Origin: Lingula anatina
Taxonomy: Eukaryota > Animalia > Brachiopoda
Length of the DNA stretch: 64,000 bases
Assembly (NCBI GenBank): GCA_051362555.1
Contig: CM120647.1
Span: 10,106,001 to 10,170,000, forward strand
Direction of reading: 5' to 3'
Position numbers and translations under genes: made by a program. Within the stretch, counting starts at the first letter, position 1. Each line of letters begins with the position of its first letter. Positions 1 to 13,922 of this stretch are shown piece after piece. The notes below the pieces were generated by a model that was not told the DNA's origin, searched no databases, and saw only the letters and a list, made by a program, of their open reading frames with translations.

Positions 1-1274
1 ATAAATATTTTTATCGATTGATATTGCTTTATTTTAACCATCGAGCAACTTGTATAACATCTAAAACAAAGTACCAGCAATGAAAATATGTCAATATTGT
101 TACACCCAACAGTGATTAAAGCAATACAAAAATGGTTAGTTTTTATTTTGATGTGGTGATTATTTTATTTTACACTTTGGACAATTAGCCAATGAACACT
201 AAATTTCCTTTTCAAACTTGGACCACTCTTCAATTCTAGCCAAAAATTAAAATTTACAAATTTACCTGCGGTCCAGTATCAGTTCATATTTGCATCTGAA
301 TTGATTTAACTTCAATAAATAGCACTTTTGTCTACAAACCATGTCATCTGTGCAAAAACGTGCATATTAAACTAAAATCAATGTATTGTTTAACTGCATA
401 TACCTTTCTTTTGATGGTTCAAACCTAAGATAATATGACATATTTAAGTACACTGATAACCAATAAATGTTATCATTAGCAACAGCCAGCACAGCTCAAG
501 AATATTTTTATCCCTTAAAAGTTCGTCAAAAGTATTGATGGTGCTCATTGCCCCACAGCATTTTGAGATAAAAGGCACTCCTGTTATATAAATTGCAGAT
601 CAAGGAATGGCAAAATGGTTCTTACTGGTCTCAGTCATGTTGAACAAGCATAGAAAAATAAGAGTTTGTAATAGTTATACATGAAAAAACTTTACACACA
701 AACATTCCCTAAAATCTTAATAAATAATAAATCACAACTTCTGTTATATAGGGAAACTGGTAACTGTAGATTATGTATTAAGGTACTTGATAGCTTGACT
801 GAAATTATATCCAAAACCATCGATGGCTACCTCTTATGCACTATAGTTTAATGTTTGTGGTGGTAAGAAAACAGAGCCTTGTGCCTCATCAAGTTGCTGC
901 TGGAAACAATCATTTTGACTCTTCAGTTGTGGCAACATCTGCCAGTTCACCTAAAGATCTTTCAACCTGAAATGAGTAAGTGCGGAATTCATTATAAAAT
1001 ATAACTCTATATCCTAAACGAAACTCTGCAAACATCATATTGCAATAAAAAAAATTTTAAAAATTCCGAGAGAGTTCCCTGTCATCATATTTTGGACCGG
1101 CCATTTTGAAAAAGTCTGATGAAAAGTTGTTTATTTGAAACGATGTTTTTCATCTAAAGGATTGATTCATTTAATATCACAGTGCTATATTGTAATGGTG
1201 CACGTACTTGCTTCACTAACTAGAAAAACATAAATTATATGCATACACCACGTTAAAATTACCAAAAAATGTCA

Positions 1275-1710
1275 TGTCTCGCTTCCGGAAAACAAGAAGA
1301 TAACCCTCTTTGTTGTTTGATACAGCTATCTTTATTTCCAACAAAGGAATGTGGTAAAAAACTGAAATAAAATAAAGAAAACCTATGTCAAAATGCTGAC
1401 GATGATATTTCCATTACTTATTGTGGCACTTACAGGCCACCGTACCTTACAAAACGAGCGTGAAACGTGCAGCATTCTTGCAATGACAAGTTTAAATGTA
1501 AATACATAATAAAAGCAGTTTATAGATACTAAAAATGTTCTTAACACAACCACAATTATCAAAACTATATAAAATGTGGAAAACTCACGGTGTGCGTGGC
1601 CTATCTTTAGAAAAAACTCTGTACAGTCTATTCACGAGCGGCTGCTGATGAGCGAGCATGGAGCCTCGACATGAAAAACTAGGTCAAATACGGAGGCCCG
1701 TAACAACACA
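1275..1710 (-). repeat. BEL-1 3' LTR (436 bp)
   Basis: Matches 14478-14909 except for two substitutions and a 4-bp indel seen by eye. Preceded on the minus strand by purine-rich GCGAGGAG (PPT-like). Confidence 0.95.
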
Positions 1711-1864
1711 CTCCTCGCATGATATCTGATTGATATCACTATTTAACTAATACAATAAAAGTCAACTATAAAATAGAATGCACAACATATACTAAGTTTA
1801 GACCTAACTTAGCCACTAAATATGTAGTGTTTTGCTATTAAATCCCTCCTACATGTTCGCAACT

Positions 1865-4458
1865 TTACCAACTGTCAATCAAAAGAATAAGTTCACATAT
1901 TGGTCTGACATATTTCACAGATTTTCCATCTTTCACTGTTCTGACCTCCACAGTTCTGACTTTACTGTCACATCCACTGGGAAAAACATTTTCTACTACT
2001 CCCATTGGCCAACTGCCTCGATGTAACTCACAGTCTCTGAGCAGCACAATGTCACCGATTTTCAAGTCTTTCTGCGAAGCTGTCCATTTCCCTCGCTTTT
2101 GTAATGACTGGAGATAACCATCTCTCCATCGCTTCCAGAATGTATTAGAAAGGATCTGCACATACTTCCATTGTGACTGGTATATTTCTCTCATATCTGT
2201 TGATGTGGTTGGGGTAAGTAATGGCTCCTTCTTCTGTGTAAGCAACATTGCTGGCGTGATGATTTCTGGGTCCTCTGGATCATAGGAAATGGGAGCCACA
2301 GGTCGAAAATTAATGACAGCACTAACTTCACACATAAAGGTAACTAGAACTTCATGAGTAAGCTTTTGGGTATGGCTGGTTAAAAACATAGCATCGAGTA
2401 TTCTTCTGGCGAGACCGATAAGACGTTCCCAGGCTCCACCCATGTGCGATGCATGCGAGGGATTGAACTTCCACACAATTCCCATGTCATGGAGGCGTTC
2501 TTGCACTGGATCATTTTCAACAAAGATACCTGTGGCTTTAATCTGATCCAGGGCACCTATGAAATTTGTGCCACGATCCGATCTGATCATTTTCACTGGT
2601 CCACGGATGGCTACGAAACGTCTAAGAGCATTGATGAAGGACGAAGAACTCATTTCTTCTATAACTTCTATGTGCACTGCCCTGGTAACTAAACAACCAA
2701 AAATCAGGGCCCACCTTTTACTTTCAGCCTGACCACCTCTTGTTCTACACGTGACCACAGGCCATGGACCGAAAACATCAATTCCAACCGACGTGAAAGG
2801 AGGTCCTGGGGTTACTCTATCCTCAGGTAGATCAGCCATGCGTTGGTTCAAGAACTTGCCTCGCAATTTACGACATATTACGCACTTGTACAAGATTGAA
2901 GAAACTAGTCTTTTTGCTCCAATTATCCAAAATCCCTTGGAGCGAAGTGCAGACTCTGTCACATGTCTTCCTTGGTGATGAGAAATTGAATGGTAGTGAT
3001 TCACAAGTAAGTTTGCTATGTGAGATTTCTTCGGGATAATAATAGGATGCTTTTGACCTTTCTCCAAAGGAGCATTGCTGAGGCGTCCTCCAACACGCAG
3101 AATGTGTTGGTCATCTAGTACTGGTGATAGTGTTGTCAATTTGCTGTCTGCAGGTACACTGGCTTTCTTTTGCACCATGCTAATTTCTTCTCTGAAGGCA
3201 TCTTCCTGTGCTTTCTTTATTAGGAATATCTCCATAGCTTCGGTATCACTAGGGTCTTTAGGAGACATTTGCTTCTTTTCCTTCCAGGCTCTGCAAAACC
3301 TCTTCAAGAGAGAAATTGCCCTGACAAGAGATTTCCATGTTGAAAACTTTTCAAACCTAGCAGCAATGCTTCTTAACAATACTGTAGCCTTCACATTGAT
3401 TGTTGGACGTATTTCACAATCTGCATCTTCGTCAACTAGGTCAGAGCTACAGTTTTCACCAACTGTTGCTGTGACAACATCTTTCAAGAAATCTGGCCCT
3501 GTAATCCACTTACTACTTGAAAAATCCTGAACTGGGGTATTGCATCTTGTGCCGCAATCGGCTAGGTTTTTCTCTGAGGGGATATACTGCCACTGAGACG
3601 CCTTGGACCGTTTCAATATTGTAGCTACACGGTTGCTGACATATGTGTAGAACCGTCTGGTGTGGTTATAGAGATAACCGAGAACGACTCTACTATCTGT
3701 GCAATACTTGAATGTTTCCATCGGAAGGTCAAGGTGTTCAGAGATTGTATCTGCAAGCTCTGTTGCTAAGACAACTGCACAAAGTTCTAAACGTGGTATG
3801 GTCACACCACCTGGTGGTGATAGTTTGGACTTTCCCATGATAAAACCTACTTCTGTGGAGGTATCACGACGAGCTTTCAAGTAGGCAACTGCTGATATGG
3901 CACGTTCGGAGGCATCTGAGAATATCCATACCTCCAGGGAATCTGCTAAACTGAAATCCACTGCAGTAATCATCCTTGGAACACGGAATTCTCTCAAGGA
4001 GAAAAGTGAACTTTTCCAAGATTCCCACTGGTGATAGAGATGTTCTGGCAAAGGGTCATCCCATCCAACAGCTTCGACATGCATCTCTCTTGCTAGCATT
4101 TTCCCGGTAACTGTCACTGGAGATAGGAAGAGGATCAAAAATACTGTTGATGGTTGATAGAATCCCACGTTTGGTAAATGGTCTTTCAGGAATGAAAAGG
4201 CTGAAACCAAAACAATCCTTATCCATATTCCATGAAATTCCAAGAGATGCTTGAGTAGGAAGCTCTTCTGTAAATAGGTCAAGATTCATGAGTGTTTTCT
4301 CTCGGTCTTCTGTTGGGAAGGCATTCACCACGTCTGGAGAATTGGAAGCGATTTTATGTAACCGGATTCTTCCATTTTCCCACAAAACCTTCTGGGTTCT
4401 TTTCACTAGGTCTGTGAGGCTTTCCGAGTCTGATCCTGTAATGAGGGCATCATCTACA
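1865..4458 (-). pseudogene. BEL-1 pol, C-terminal part: end of RT, Pao peptidase A17/RNase H region, integrase (H2C2, DDE core, DUF5641-like tail)
   Basis: ORFs 4056-4406 and 1865-4282 are joined by a frameshift. Motifs: FSDASERA, TIPRLELCA, HHQGRH..C..C, IDVFGP, RSDRGTNF, GGAWERLI, FWKRW, W-PMGVV. Confidence 0.95.
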
Positions 4459-7400
4459 CTATAGCTAATAAGTCCCCGGTCACTTTAATAGCACACGCTG
4501 TCTACATCAGACGCGCTAATGCGCACGTCCCCGACAGTGTTAATGATAGGGGGATTACGATGGACAGCGCATGTTGCTCACAGCAGTAGGCACTGCCGCC
4601 GAAGTTAAACCGGTAATTAAGTCTTTAACTTGACTAAACATGTCTTGCTTTGTAACTTGCGTCCTTCAGTCTTGCTGTTGCAGAAGCGCCGGCGGGACAT
4701 ATCTCCACCTTGCCGATATTTATCCCGACTCTCGACTTTAAAAGTATTATTGGTTTTGATTTTATCAAAGTCTTATTATATCAGAAAACCTGCATATTTT
4801 CATACGTTAAGAGAATTATAGAAACTGTAGAAAAAGCTACTCGTACATCAGGGATAAAAAACAACACCTTGCAGCACTATTACCTATTATTCATCACCAG
4901 AAGTTACTGTTTCACTTTTTTCTCCCAAATTACAAAGTCTGATGACAACTGAAAGCCTTTAGCCATACCTCAGGGCAGTGGGAGATAGTCTGGATTTGAT
5001 TAAATGTAATAAAAGTATACTTTGAAGAATTTTCCTAGCCTTCGGCAATTTCCGCAAAGCTTCGGCATGGGCGGCAATACAGAGCTGTCGATATTTGTAT
5101 GCGTGAACAATAGAATTGGTGGAACAACGGTTAACGTCGTTGAGTCGTCTGCAACCCACCTGACAGGAGTTCGTGTCCCTGTCGATACTTTTGAAGATTT
5201 TGAAATTGTCATTATTATAAATATCTATTAATATATAAAACAGTCGTGGCTAATTGTGTTTGCAACGGAAAGCACAGTAGGAACGTTTGTTGTTATTGTT
5301 AAAGTTATTATTACTGGGGACATAAATTAGTATGCTAATCTCTTATCATGGTATAATGATTGATACGATGGGTATCAAATAGTTTTCCTTTGATATAAAC
5401 AACAAAAGAGCGGCCTTCCAAATATCTTTGCTGAATGTTTATAACGTAGGTACTATTATGCGCAAAAATATTGATACATGACGCAAACGACATTTACTAA
5501 TTTTGGTAATATCAATTTTAATTAAAATTAAATTTAATTGAAATTAAAATTAAAATTTGTTAAAATCTGTGCATATTACCATTCACCTTGTTTAAAGGGT
5601 TCGCAACACTTCACATCCTAATACATTTTGCCAATTTTCATGTTTGCTAGTTTATTTTGATTTGAGAGAAAGCGAGAGAAGACCCTCTACTAGGGCCGCA
5701 AATTAATTATGAGTATTTTTCTTCAGTGCAAGAGACTGTGTAATGAAAAATCAATCTGTAACTCTGGTATAGGGTGGCCTTGTGTGTGTCATAATATACA
5801 AGTAGGGGCAGGGGTACAGTTTTATAGTACAAATAGTCATTTTATACATCTTATTGATCTCATCGTCGGGTCATTGTTTACAATAGCGCTTTGTCGCTGT
5901 GCGTACCTTTTTGCATTTGAGTTAGACTCAGTCAGTAACAGCTGGTGATTTTGTCTTTTTTGCGTTTCATTGACAATATTTTGGCCACCTAAGTAGGGAA
6001 ATGTGGCTCTTTGTTTTGAAATGACATTTCCATTGTTCCTTTGAACATGCAAAAGTCAACACACTTACGTCAACATACTTACTTTGTAATACCAACCCAG
6101 GGGGAGAAACAAAAGCCTCATAAGGTGTCGTCATTCACACTGTAAAAGGTGTTAATTTCATGCTTCTATTGTTTGCCCATGAATCATTATGACAAATTTG
6201 TAGGGTTGCCAGATCACTGGCGCTTCATTCAATTCGCTATATCTGCCCTGCAGCCTGGGATGAGTGATACTTGACTGACCTTTGTTTACATCTGGAGATT
6301 TTCTTTATAATTCGATCAGTGTGCATAAATTATGATATTTTCCATCAGGAAAAATACGTGATAATGTTACGATTCTTATTTTACGGATACATAATTACAA
6401 AAATTAATTCCTGATTTAATACCCCCTATTTCAGCGCCTATTCCTGGCTGCGTTAATTATGGGGGGTTGGAAAGTAATCCGTTAGAACGCAGGAGTGATG
6501 ATTGCTACTCTTACCAACGGTGCATCACCGATCAACTAATCTCAGCCACCTGAAGCAGAATCACCAACAAAAGACAAATTGGACTACATCTGCCTTCTTG
6601 TTGAGACATCTTATGTAAAAAAGGCGATAACGGTCAAAACATACGCGCTTCGTGGTTTATTAAATGTTCATCGTATTTTTTCGTTCGTTATTCTTATGAG
6701 TTAAGCAGCTTCACCTCCGTGACACCCTTTTTATTTATTTAAACCATTGTTAGATAAACCATGGGTTTCACTCCAGATTTCACGATCGAGCAGCTGATCA
6801 TGAGGAGAGTGTAGCATGCTATAGTAAACTACCCCAAATATATATACAACACCTCCAGGGTTTCACGATTGAGCAAGTGATCATGAGGAGAGAGTGTAGC
6901 AGAGAACTTCATTAATGGTCGTCATAATTGGTGGTTGCCTTGGGAAAATGAGTTACATGATTACATAATACAGATACATAATAACATAAGATTAATACTA
7001 AAATTTTCCCTGATACAAAAACCCCTATTTGAGCGCTTATTCCTGACTGCGTTAATTACGGGTGATTAGAAAGTAATCTATGAGGACGCAGGAGCGATGA
7101 TCGCTACTCTTACCAACGGTATATCACCGATTTACTTGACTCCGCTACTTCGAGCAAAATCACACACCACCAAAAGACAAATTAGACCACGTTCATCCTC
7201 TTATTAAAACAAAGAATGTAAAAATGTGATGTCGGTCAAAGAAGAAGCCTAGACTACGTGCTTCATGGTTTATTAGATAGGCCTATTCATTGGATTTTTT
7301 TATTTCATTATTATAGCTTCACCTCGCGAGACCCTTTTTTTATATATTTAAAACACAGCACCCCACTGGTTTCGCGATCATGAAGAAAGGGAGTGTAGCA

Positions 7401-8601
7401 AAGAACCTTATTAATGGTCGTAATAATAGGTGGTTGCATTGTAGGCCTAACCTTGTTCATTTTAGTCGACAGACTAAGCTAGAAGAAAGAAAAGATCATT
7501 ATCGCCTCTCTTTACTTAGGAACAATAAGGATGGCTAGTGGCAGCATTTATAAGTTCTTTTATTTAGAAACTTTCCGATCCTTTGTCTGGGACTGCGTCC
7601 CAGAAACGGCGATAACGACAGAGACGTCCTCGAACATTTTGGACTCAGTGCAAATATAAAAAAAATACGTTAAGAAATAGCCTTTAAAAGTCCTGGCAAA
7701 TAATTTTGCGATGGCTCAGAGAGTTCTAGAATGAATGACAATCAACGACATTAGGGTTAATAATAGACTAAAAACTATCAGAGTGTAGGCCTGTCTTACT
7801 TCATTTCTAAGGCCATCTTGTGATACGAGTCATGCTACACTACAAAAGAGGGGGTAGCAGTGGATGATTTAATACAGGGATACCATCGATAGTATATCAA
7901 TAGAAAATCGCAATCCTCAAATGTTTTTTAATTCATTAAATATAAACGGTCTTTTCTCGTACAATGGGTCTGGTATAGTTGTATTGGCCTATCAGTTAGA
8001 AACACGTGGTTCGTCTACAATTGCAAATGGCGGAGGTGCCGTGGTAGTTATTGTCGTAAAATTAGCTGGATACGGTGAACGTGAGAAAATTATTCATTAA
8101 ATTTAGTTTTCAAGCGTCAGCTTAATCTGGTAAAATGCGAGACGAAAAAAATGATAGATAGAGCCTTATGACCCACTGTAGAATGATGCCGAATAATACA
8201 TCAACGACGTAGTTTATCGGCAGATAAACGTGTTTCCATTCTCGGCTGACTGAGGAAAGGTTTGAGAGAGCATTTAAAGAAGAGGCGGTCGAACCAATAG
8301 TGAGTAGGAAGTGTGCTGCAATCAAGACGAACAATACCGATCATAAGTGGACAGCTAATAACCCCTAATTAACCCCGGGTTACCCGCTGCTGTGTTGACT
8401 CCTTGCTGGGAAGGGGTAGCGGCCTCCTACTGCTGTGCGTAATCAAACATTGTCTTCTAACATGCGGCTACACGACGGTTGCATTGTATTAATAAAGTAA
8501 TACCTATTCATAAGGAAGGGGGCGGATGGTAATCTTACGAGAATTAAATCAGTTATCGATCATACGCGTACCATTAGTCGTGTTTTTTTTTAGCTATACG
8601 G
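4459..8601. mobile_element. About 4.1-kb non-coding DNA-type insertion with short terminal inverted arms (superfamily uncertain; Crypton/tyrosine-recombinase-like or TA-TSD TIR element)
   Basis: Removing 4147 bp restores BEL RT KNFYVDDAL. TACA is duplicated at 4455-4458 and 8602-8605. Inverted arms TATAGCTAA (4460-4468) and TTAGCTATA (8590-8598). Subterminal inverted CACAGCAGTAGG (about 4579) and CCTACTGCTGTG (about 8427). No long ORF. Confidence 0.8.
6385..7440. repeat. Diverged tandem duplication (about 600-bp period) inside the 4.1-kb element
   Basis: ACCCC(C)TATTT.AGCGC.TATTCCTG.CTGCGTTAATTA.. at 6421 and 7021. GCTACTCTTACCAACGGT and TTAATGGTCGT.ATAAT.GGTGGTTGC are present in both copies. 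Confidence 0.85.
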
Positions 8602-11124
8602 TACATAAAAGTTCTTGGTGACAAAATGTTTCACATCTTCATCAGCATGTTCCACTGCTTTCCTAAGGCCATAGGTAGCTACGGCAGGTGACGGAGTGTT
8701 CCCAAATACATGGACTCTCATTCGGTATTCAATGATCTTTCTTTGGGTCATTATTTCTGTACCAGAAGAATAGTAGAAAGTCTCTGTGTTCTTCATTTAC
8801 TAGAAAGGAGTAAAACATCTGTTGGATATCTGCTGTGACTGCGATTCTGTCTTTCCGAAATCTTAAAAGTACTCCCAATAAACTGTTGGTTTGGTTTGGT
8901 CCAGTGAGTAGATTCTCATTCAAAGAGTACCCTTCATACTTGACAGAAGAATCAAAAACTCCTCTCACTTTATCAGGTTTTCTGGGATGGTATATTGCAA
9001 AAAGAGGAAGGTACCAGACTTCCTTTCCAGGTGGAAGCTCAGGGGCTTCTTCCGCAGCTTGAGTATCGAATATGTTCTCCATGAATTCCACCATATGCTG
9101 AAGTTTACGTTCGTCTTTCTTTAATGCTGCGTCAAATGATCTTGCCCTGCCTAAGACTTGTGACCTGTTATTCGGCATTCTCTGTCTTGGGTGTTTGAAT
9201 GGGAGAGGAGCCATCCACTGATCCTTGTCTTTTCGCATAGATTCATTCATAATGTCGAGAAATTCCCTGTCCTCTGTGGACAAACTAACGCGGTCGTCTT
9301 GGGCTGTAATTTTGAAAACATCTGAACCAATCTGATTTTCTTCTTTCAAGAGTATTGCACTGGGACATGGTAGAAAGTTTGTAGGGCGCCCGTCGTTCAT
9401 GATGTTGGTCTTGAAGGCGGATATCCTCTTTGGCTGATGTACTTTTCCAAGGCAGACTTCACCAATGATTACCCATCCGAGTGGTAGTTTCTGGCCAAAT
9501 GGATGATTCTTAGAACCCAGGAGTTGATCTTGAACATGATGTGCTTCAATTAGATCTCTGCCTATGAGCAGACCGATTTCAGCTTTGGGGTTCAAGGGTG
9601 GAATCTTCTCTGATAAAGAACTCAGGTGATCATACTGCATAGCCACGTCCGGAGTAGGGATTTCAGAACGATTCTTAGGAATGTCACACTCAATTATTTC
9701 AGGAAGCACAAAGGACTGAGTACCATCATAAGACTCAACAATGAGGTCCACAGCATGCCTTGCTGATATGTGAGTGGTCCCTGAGCATGAAGACAATGAA
9801 TAACTACGCAACCCTCCTGAGATCTGCAGCTGGTCAAAAAGAGCTGGGGTTCCTAAGGACTTGTTACTCTGATCATCATGGACAGCATAAACTGCAACAG
9901 CCTCTTCTGGTCGGCCTTTGGAAAATACCTCACTAAAACATTTTTAGCACATGACCGTCCAACAAATCCTTCTTCACACAATGCAGTACATTTAGTAATC
10001 ACCTCCCCGCCATTCGCTCTTGGGGCAACACCTTCATCTGTGGAAACGTTGTTTCTTCTCTCAGCATTGTTTCTTCTTTCTGGAATACCACTCGGGGCAC
10101 CTTTTACTGGGAAATTGGTTTGGGAAGGAAATGTTTTCTCTCCACAAGATGACTGAATGTGGCCCTTGCGACAGCAACCAAAACAATAGCCATATTTCCT
10201 CATAATACACTTCTGCTCATTCGGGCTTTTCTGACCAAACACTCTGCATTCCCTGAGTTCATGGTTTGTGCCATGCAGTGGGCACTCTTCTTTTTGAGCG
10301 ACATCAGTCTTCCTGCTTGTTATCATGTTTCTTTCCTTTGGTCTGTCTTTAATAGAAGTATTGTGTGTAAAGTCATACTGAAAACAAGGACTGTTCTTTG
10401 TCTGGCTCAGCTTCTTAATGAATTTGACGAATTCAGGGAATGGAGGGTAATGGACTCTGTTGTTCTCTTTGTATTTCACGGCATGAGATGTCCACTTGTT
10501 CTGTTGGTCCTGAGTTAACTTGGCTACTATTGGGTTTATTCCTACCGCTGAGTCGAGATAGGACAGGGTCAATCCACACAATTCATCTTCTTTAAAGGCC
10601 TGAATCTCTGACAGGAGATCTAAAAGTTCATACAGTTTCAGTGTATCCTTCGACGTCAGTTTAGGAAACATGTCTATTTTCTTCCTCAGGACAGATTCTA
10701 TTAGCTCTGGGCTACCGTATCTTTCCTCCAATCTTTCCCAAATCTCTTTGACTGCTTTCTGAGGTTGACTTGGATTTGCTGTTTTAATACTAATTGCATG
10801 CTTTCTGCTGGTGGGACCCAGCCATCTGATGAGTAAGTCTACCTCTTCTGATGCTGACAGTGCTAAATCTTTCTTCATACTTACAAAACTTTCTTTCCAT
10901 GAACATATGTCTCTGGGGTTTCTTGAAATGTAGTTAATCGAGTGAGGAGCAACTCCTTCTTCAGTAGATAATTCATTATCCCTGTCATTTCTCTGCCATT
11001 TTCAGTAGCTGGTGTGAATTCAGAGGCATTCGGATTCAACTGTTCTGGTAAGACTCTTGGTAATTGTGGAACTTCAGTACTGGTGACTGCTGATGGAACG
11101 GGTTCTGGTCTACGCGCAATTTCT
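8602..11124 (-). pseudogene. BEL-1 gag C-terminal half (DUF1759-like, Cys/His knuckles), protease and RT N-terminal part, frameshifted
   Basis: ORFs 10881-11198, 9853-10878 (CPLH..H...C; CFGCCRKGHIQSSC), 8729-9811 (LLIGRD, WYLPLF, RGVFDSS, ADIQQMF) and 8590-8796 (YRMRVHVFG..SP). Confidence 0.93.
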
Positions 11125-13922
11125 AACAAGGCAGCAAAGCTGTCAAATGTACAGACAAAAAACAGGAAATAACTATGCACAAAATATGCTACTGTCAATT
11201 CTATATTACATAATGGTTAACAGCATAATGACCATCAATTTTAATAATAAAATATTAGTATTATGGATATTCAGAAAATGGGACTAGCAAAGGTCTTCAG
11301 GCCCATGGAACTTCAAAGTCACAACTTGAAAATGCCAAAATGTAAACAAGACAGCAATGTTCTGAAATGTTTTTTTTTTCCAGTTTTAACAATTTCTAAC
11401 ATAAAACAAAATTAACAGTTTACTACCGTTTTTTATATGATCAACTAAGAAAATTGATGAGATGGGAAAAATATTAATAGAGCAGTGTTAAATGTCCAAT
11501 TTCTTCCATTCTGAGATTCTGAACATAGTGAATGATTGAATCTGACAAACTGCAATGATATGAGTTTATTTCCATTTTTGAAACTTTATGACACAATACA
11601 CGATAACAAGTTTACCATCATTTTTACATAATCATGTAATGATGTTGTAAAGATGCAGGAAATGCCAAACAAACACTTTTACGTATCTTATCAATTAAAA
11701 ATTGAAACTGTTAACATGCCTAAGAATTTAATCTAAGGAAATGTGAAAAAGTGGCATTTCTTTAAAATAATGGCCCGATTATGCTGATTTTTGAACTCAA
11801 CCTGTGTTTTAGCAGGAATGACCACTCCTGTGAGTTTAATGACAATTGGCCTATCTGTTTTTCGTATATTGTGTTTACAGTGTTGCATATATGCTGAAAA
11901 ATGAAAAAAACAGCATAACTACTAAAATAGTGGCCCGATCATGCCAATTTTCGAACAGGACCTGTGTTATAGTAAGATCGATTACACCTGTGAGTTTCAT
12001 GACAACAGGCCTATCGGTTTTCCTTGAAATGTGTTTACAGTGTTGCATGTATGCTGAAAAGTGAAAAAACAGCATAACTTCTACAATAATGGCCCGATCA
12101 TGCTGATTTTCGAACTTGACCTACATTTTATGAATATTCATCAGCACTGTAAGTATACAACAAATAAGTAAAACTGCCTTCCACTTATTGTGTTTACAAT
12201 GAAAGTGCACGGCGCCAGTGCCAGCGACAGTGACGGCGACGACGGTGACGACAGACGCAAGTGATGGCAATATGTACAGACACATCTGTACTTATTTACT
12301 GTACTGTTTGAGAACAGTAAGTGACATGGTTTTTCTTAAATGGTCATCATGGGAGCAGTGCCCAAAATAGATTTTTTTCAGATTTTGATGCAATATTACA
12401 TAATGTTTAACAGCATAATGACCATCAATTTTTAATAATAAAATATTAGTATCATGGATATTCAGAAAATGTGACTAGCAAAGGTCTTCAGGCCCATGGA
12501 ACTTCAAAGTCACAACTTGAAAATGCCAAAATGTAAACAAAGACAGCACTGTTCTGAAATGTTCTTTTTTTTTTTTCATTTTTAACAATTTTTTTAACCT
12601 AAAACAAAATTAACAGGTTACTGCCATTTTTATATGATCAACTAAGAAAATTGATGAGATGGGAAAAATATCAATACAACAGTGTTAAATGTCCAATTTC
12701 CTCCATTCTGAGATTCTGAACATAGTGAATAATTGAATCTGACTAACTGCAATGATATGAGTTTATTTCCATTTTTGACACTTTATTACACAATACACGA
12801 TAACAAGTTTACTATCATTTTTACATAATCAACTAATAATGTTGTAAAGATGCAGGAAATGTCAAACAAACACTTTTACATGTTTTATTAGTTAAATAAT
12901 GAGACTGTTAACATGCCTAAGAATTGAATCTGAGGAAATGTGAAACAAGACAGCACTGTTCTGACATGGGTTTATTTCCATTTTTAACACTTTTTTTAAC
13001 ATAAAACAAAATAAACAGTTTACTGCAATTTTTATATGATCAACTAAGAAAATTGATGAGATGGGAAAAATATCAATAGAATAGTGTTAAATGTCCAATT
13101 TCCTCCATTCTGAGATTCTGAACATAGTGAATGATAGAATCTGACAAACTGCAATGATATGAGTTTATTTCCATTTTTGACACTTTATGACACAATACAC
13201 GATATTAAGTTTACCATCATTTTTACATAATCAACTAACAATGTTGTAAAGATGCAGGAAATGTCAAACAAACACTTTTATGTATCTTATTAGTAAAATA
13301 ATAAGACTGTTAACATGCCTAAGAATAGAATCTGAGGAAATGTGAAAAAACAGCATAACTTCTAAAATAATGGCCTGATTATGCTGATTTTCGAACTCAA
13401 CCTGCGTTTTAGTAAGATTGACCACTCCTGTGAGTTTAATGACAATTGGCTTATCTGTTTTTCTTATATTGTGTTTACAGTGTTGCATATATGCTGAAAA
13501 ATGAAAAAACAGCATAACTACTAAAATAGTAGCCCGATCATTGTCAAACAAACACTTTTATGTATCTTATTAGTAAAATAATAAGACTGTTAACATGCCT
13601 AAGAATAGAATCTGAGGAAATGTGAAAAAACAGCATAACTTCTAAAATAATGGCCTGATTATGCTGATTTTCGAACTCAACCTGCGTTTTAGTAAGATTG
13701 ACCACTCCTGTGAGTTTAATGACAATTGGCTTATCTGTTTTTCTTATATTGTGTTTACAGTGTTGCATATATGCTGAAAAATGAAAAAACAGCATAACTA
13801 CTAAAATAGTAGCCCGATCATTACAAGGAAAGTGCACGGCGACGGCATCGGCATCGGCGACGGCGACGACAGATGCAGGCGATGGCAATATGTACAGACA
13901 CATCTGTGTCTGTACATAAAAA
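11125..13922 (-). mobile_element. Non-autonomous Helentron/Helitron2 (HINE, DINE-1-like), family A copy 1, inserted in BEL-1 gag
   Basis: Excision restores gag TAPQ|LEIARR at an AA/TT site. One end has the 13-bp hairpin TATGTACAGACAC-ATCT-GTGTCTGTACATA beside a GACGGC-type microsatellite. The other end has AACAAG, a short stem-loop (GGCAGC-AAA-GCTGTC) and the subterminal repeat ATGTACAGACA. The interior is a mosaic of tandem modules. Confidence 0.88.
13263..13822. repeat. Near-perfect 280-bp tandem duplication inside HINE-A1
   Basis: The block TGTCAAACAAACACTTTTATG...TAGCCCGATCATT occurs twice with 280-bp spacing. ORFs 13264-13551 and 13544-13903 translate identically over the repeated part. 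Confidence 0.9.

Noticed and set aside
2444-3884. Plus-strand ORFs overlapping BEL-1 pol, and similar antisense ORFs over the Gypsy ORFs
   Set aside because: Shadow ORFs on the antisense strand of real coding sequence, with no motifs.
4457-4470. CACTATAG start resembling a ProtoRAG/Transib heptamer or a CACTA end
   Set aside because: The other end reads CCGTATAG, there is no 5-bp TSD, and no RAG-like or TnpD-like coding sequence is seen.
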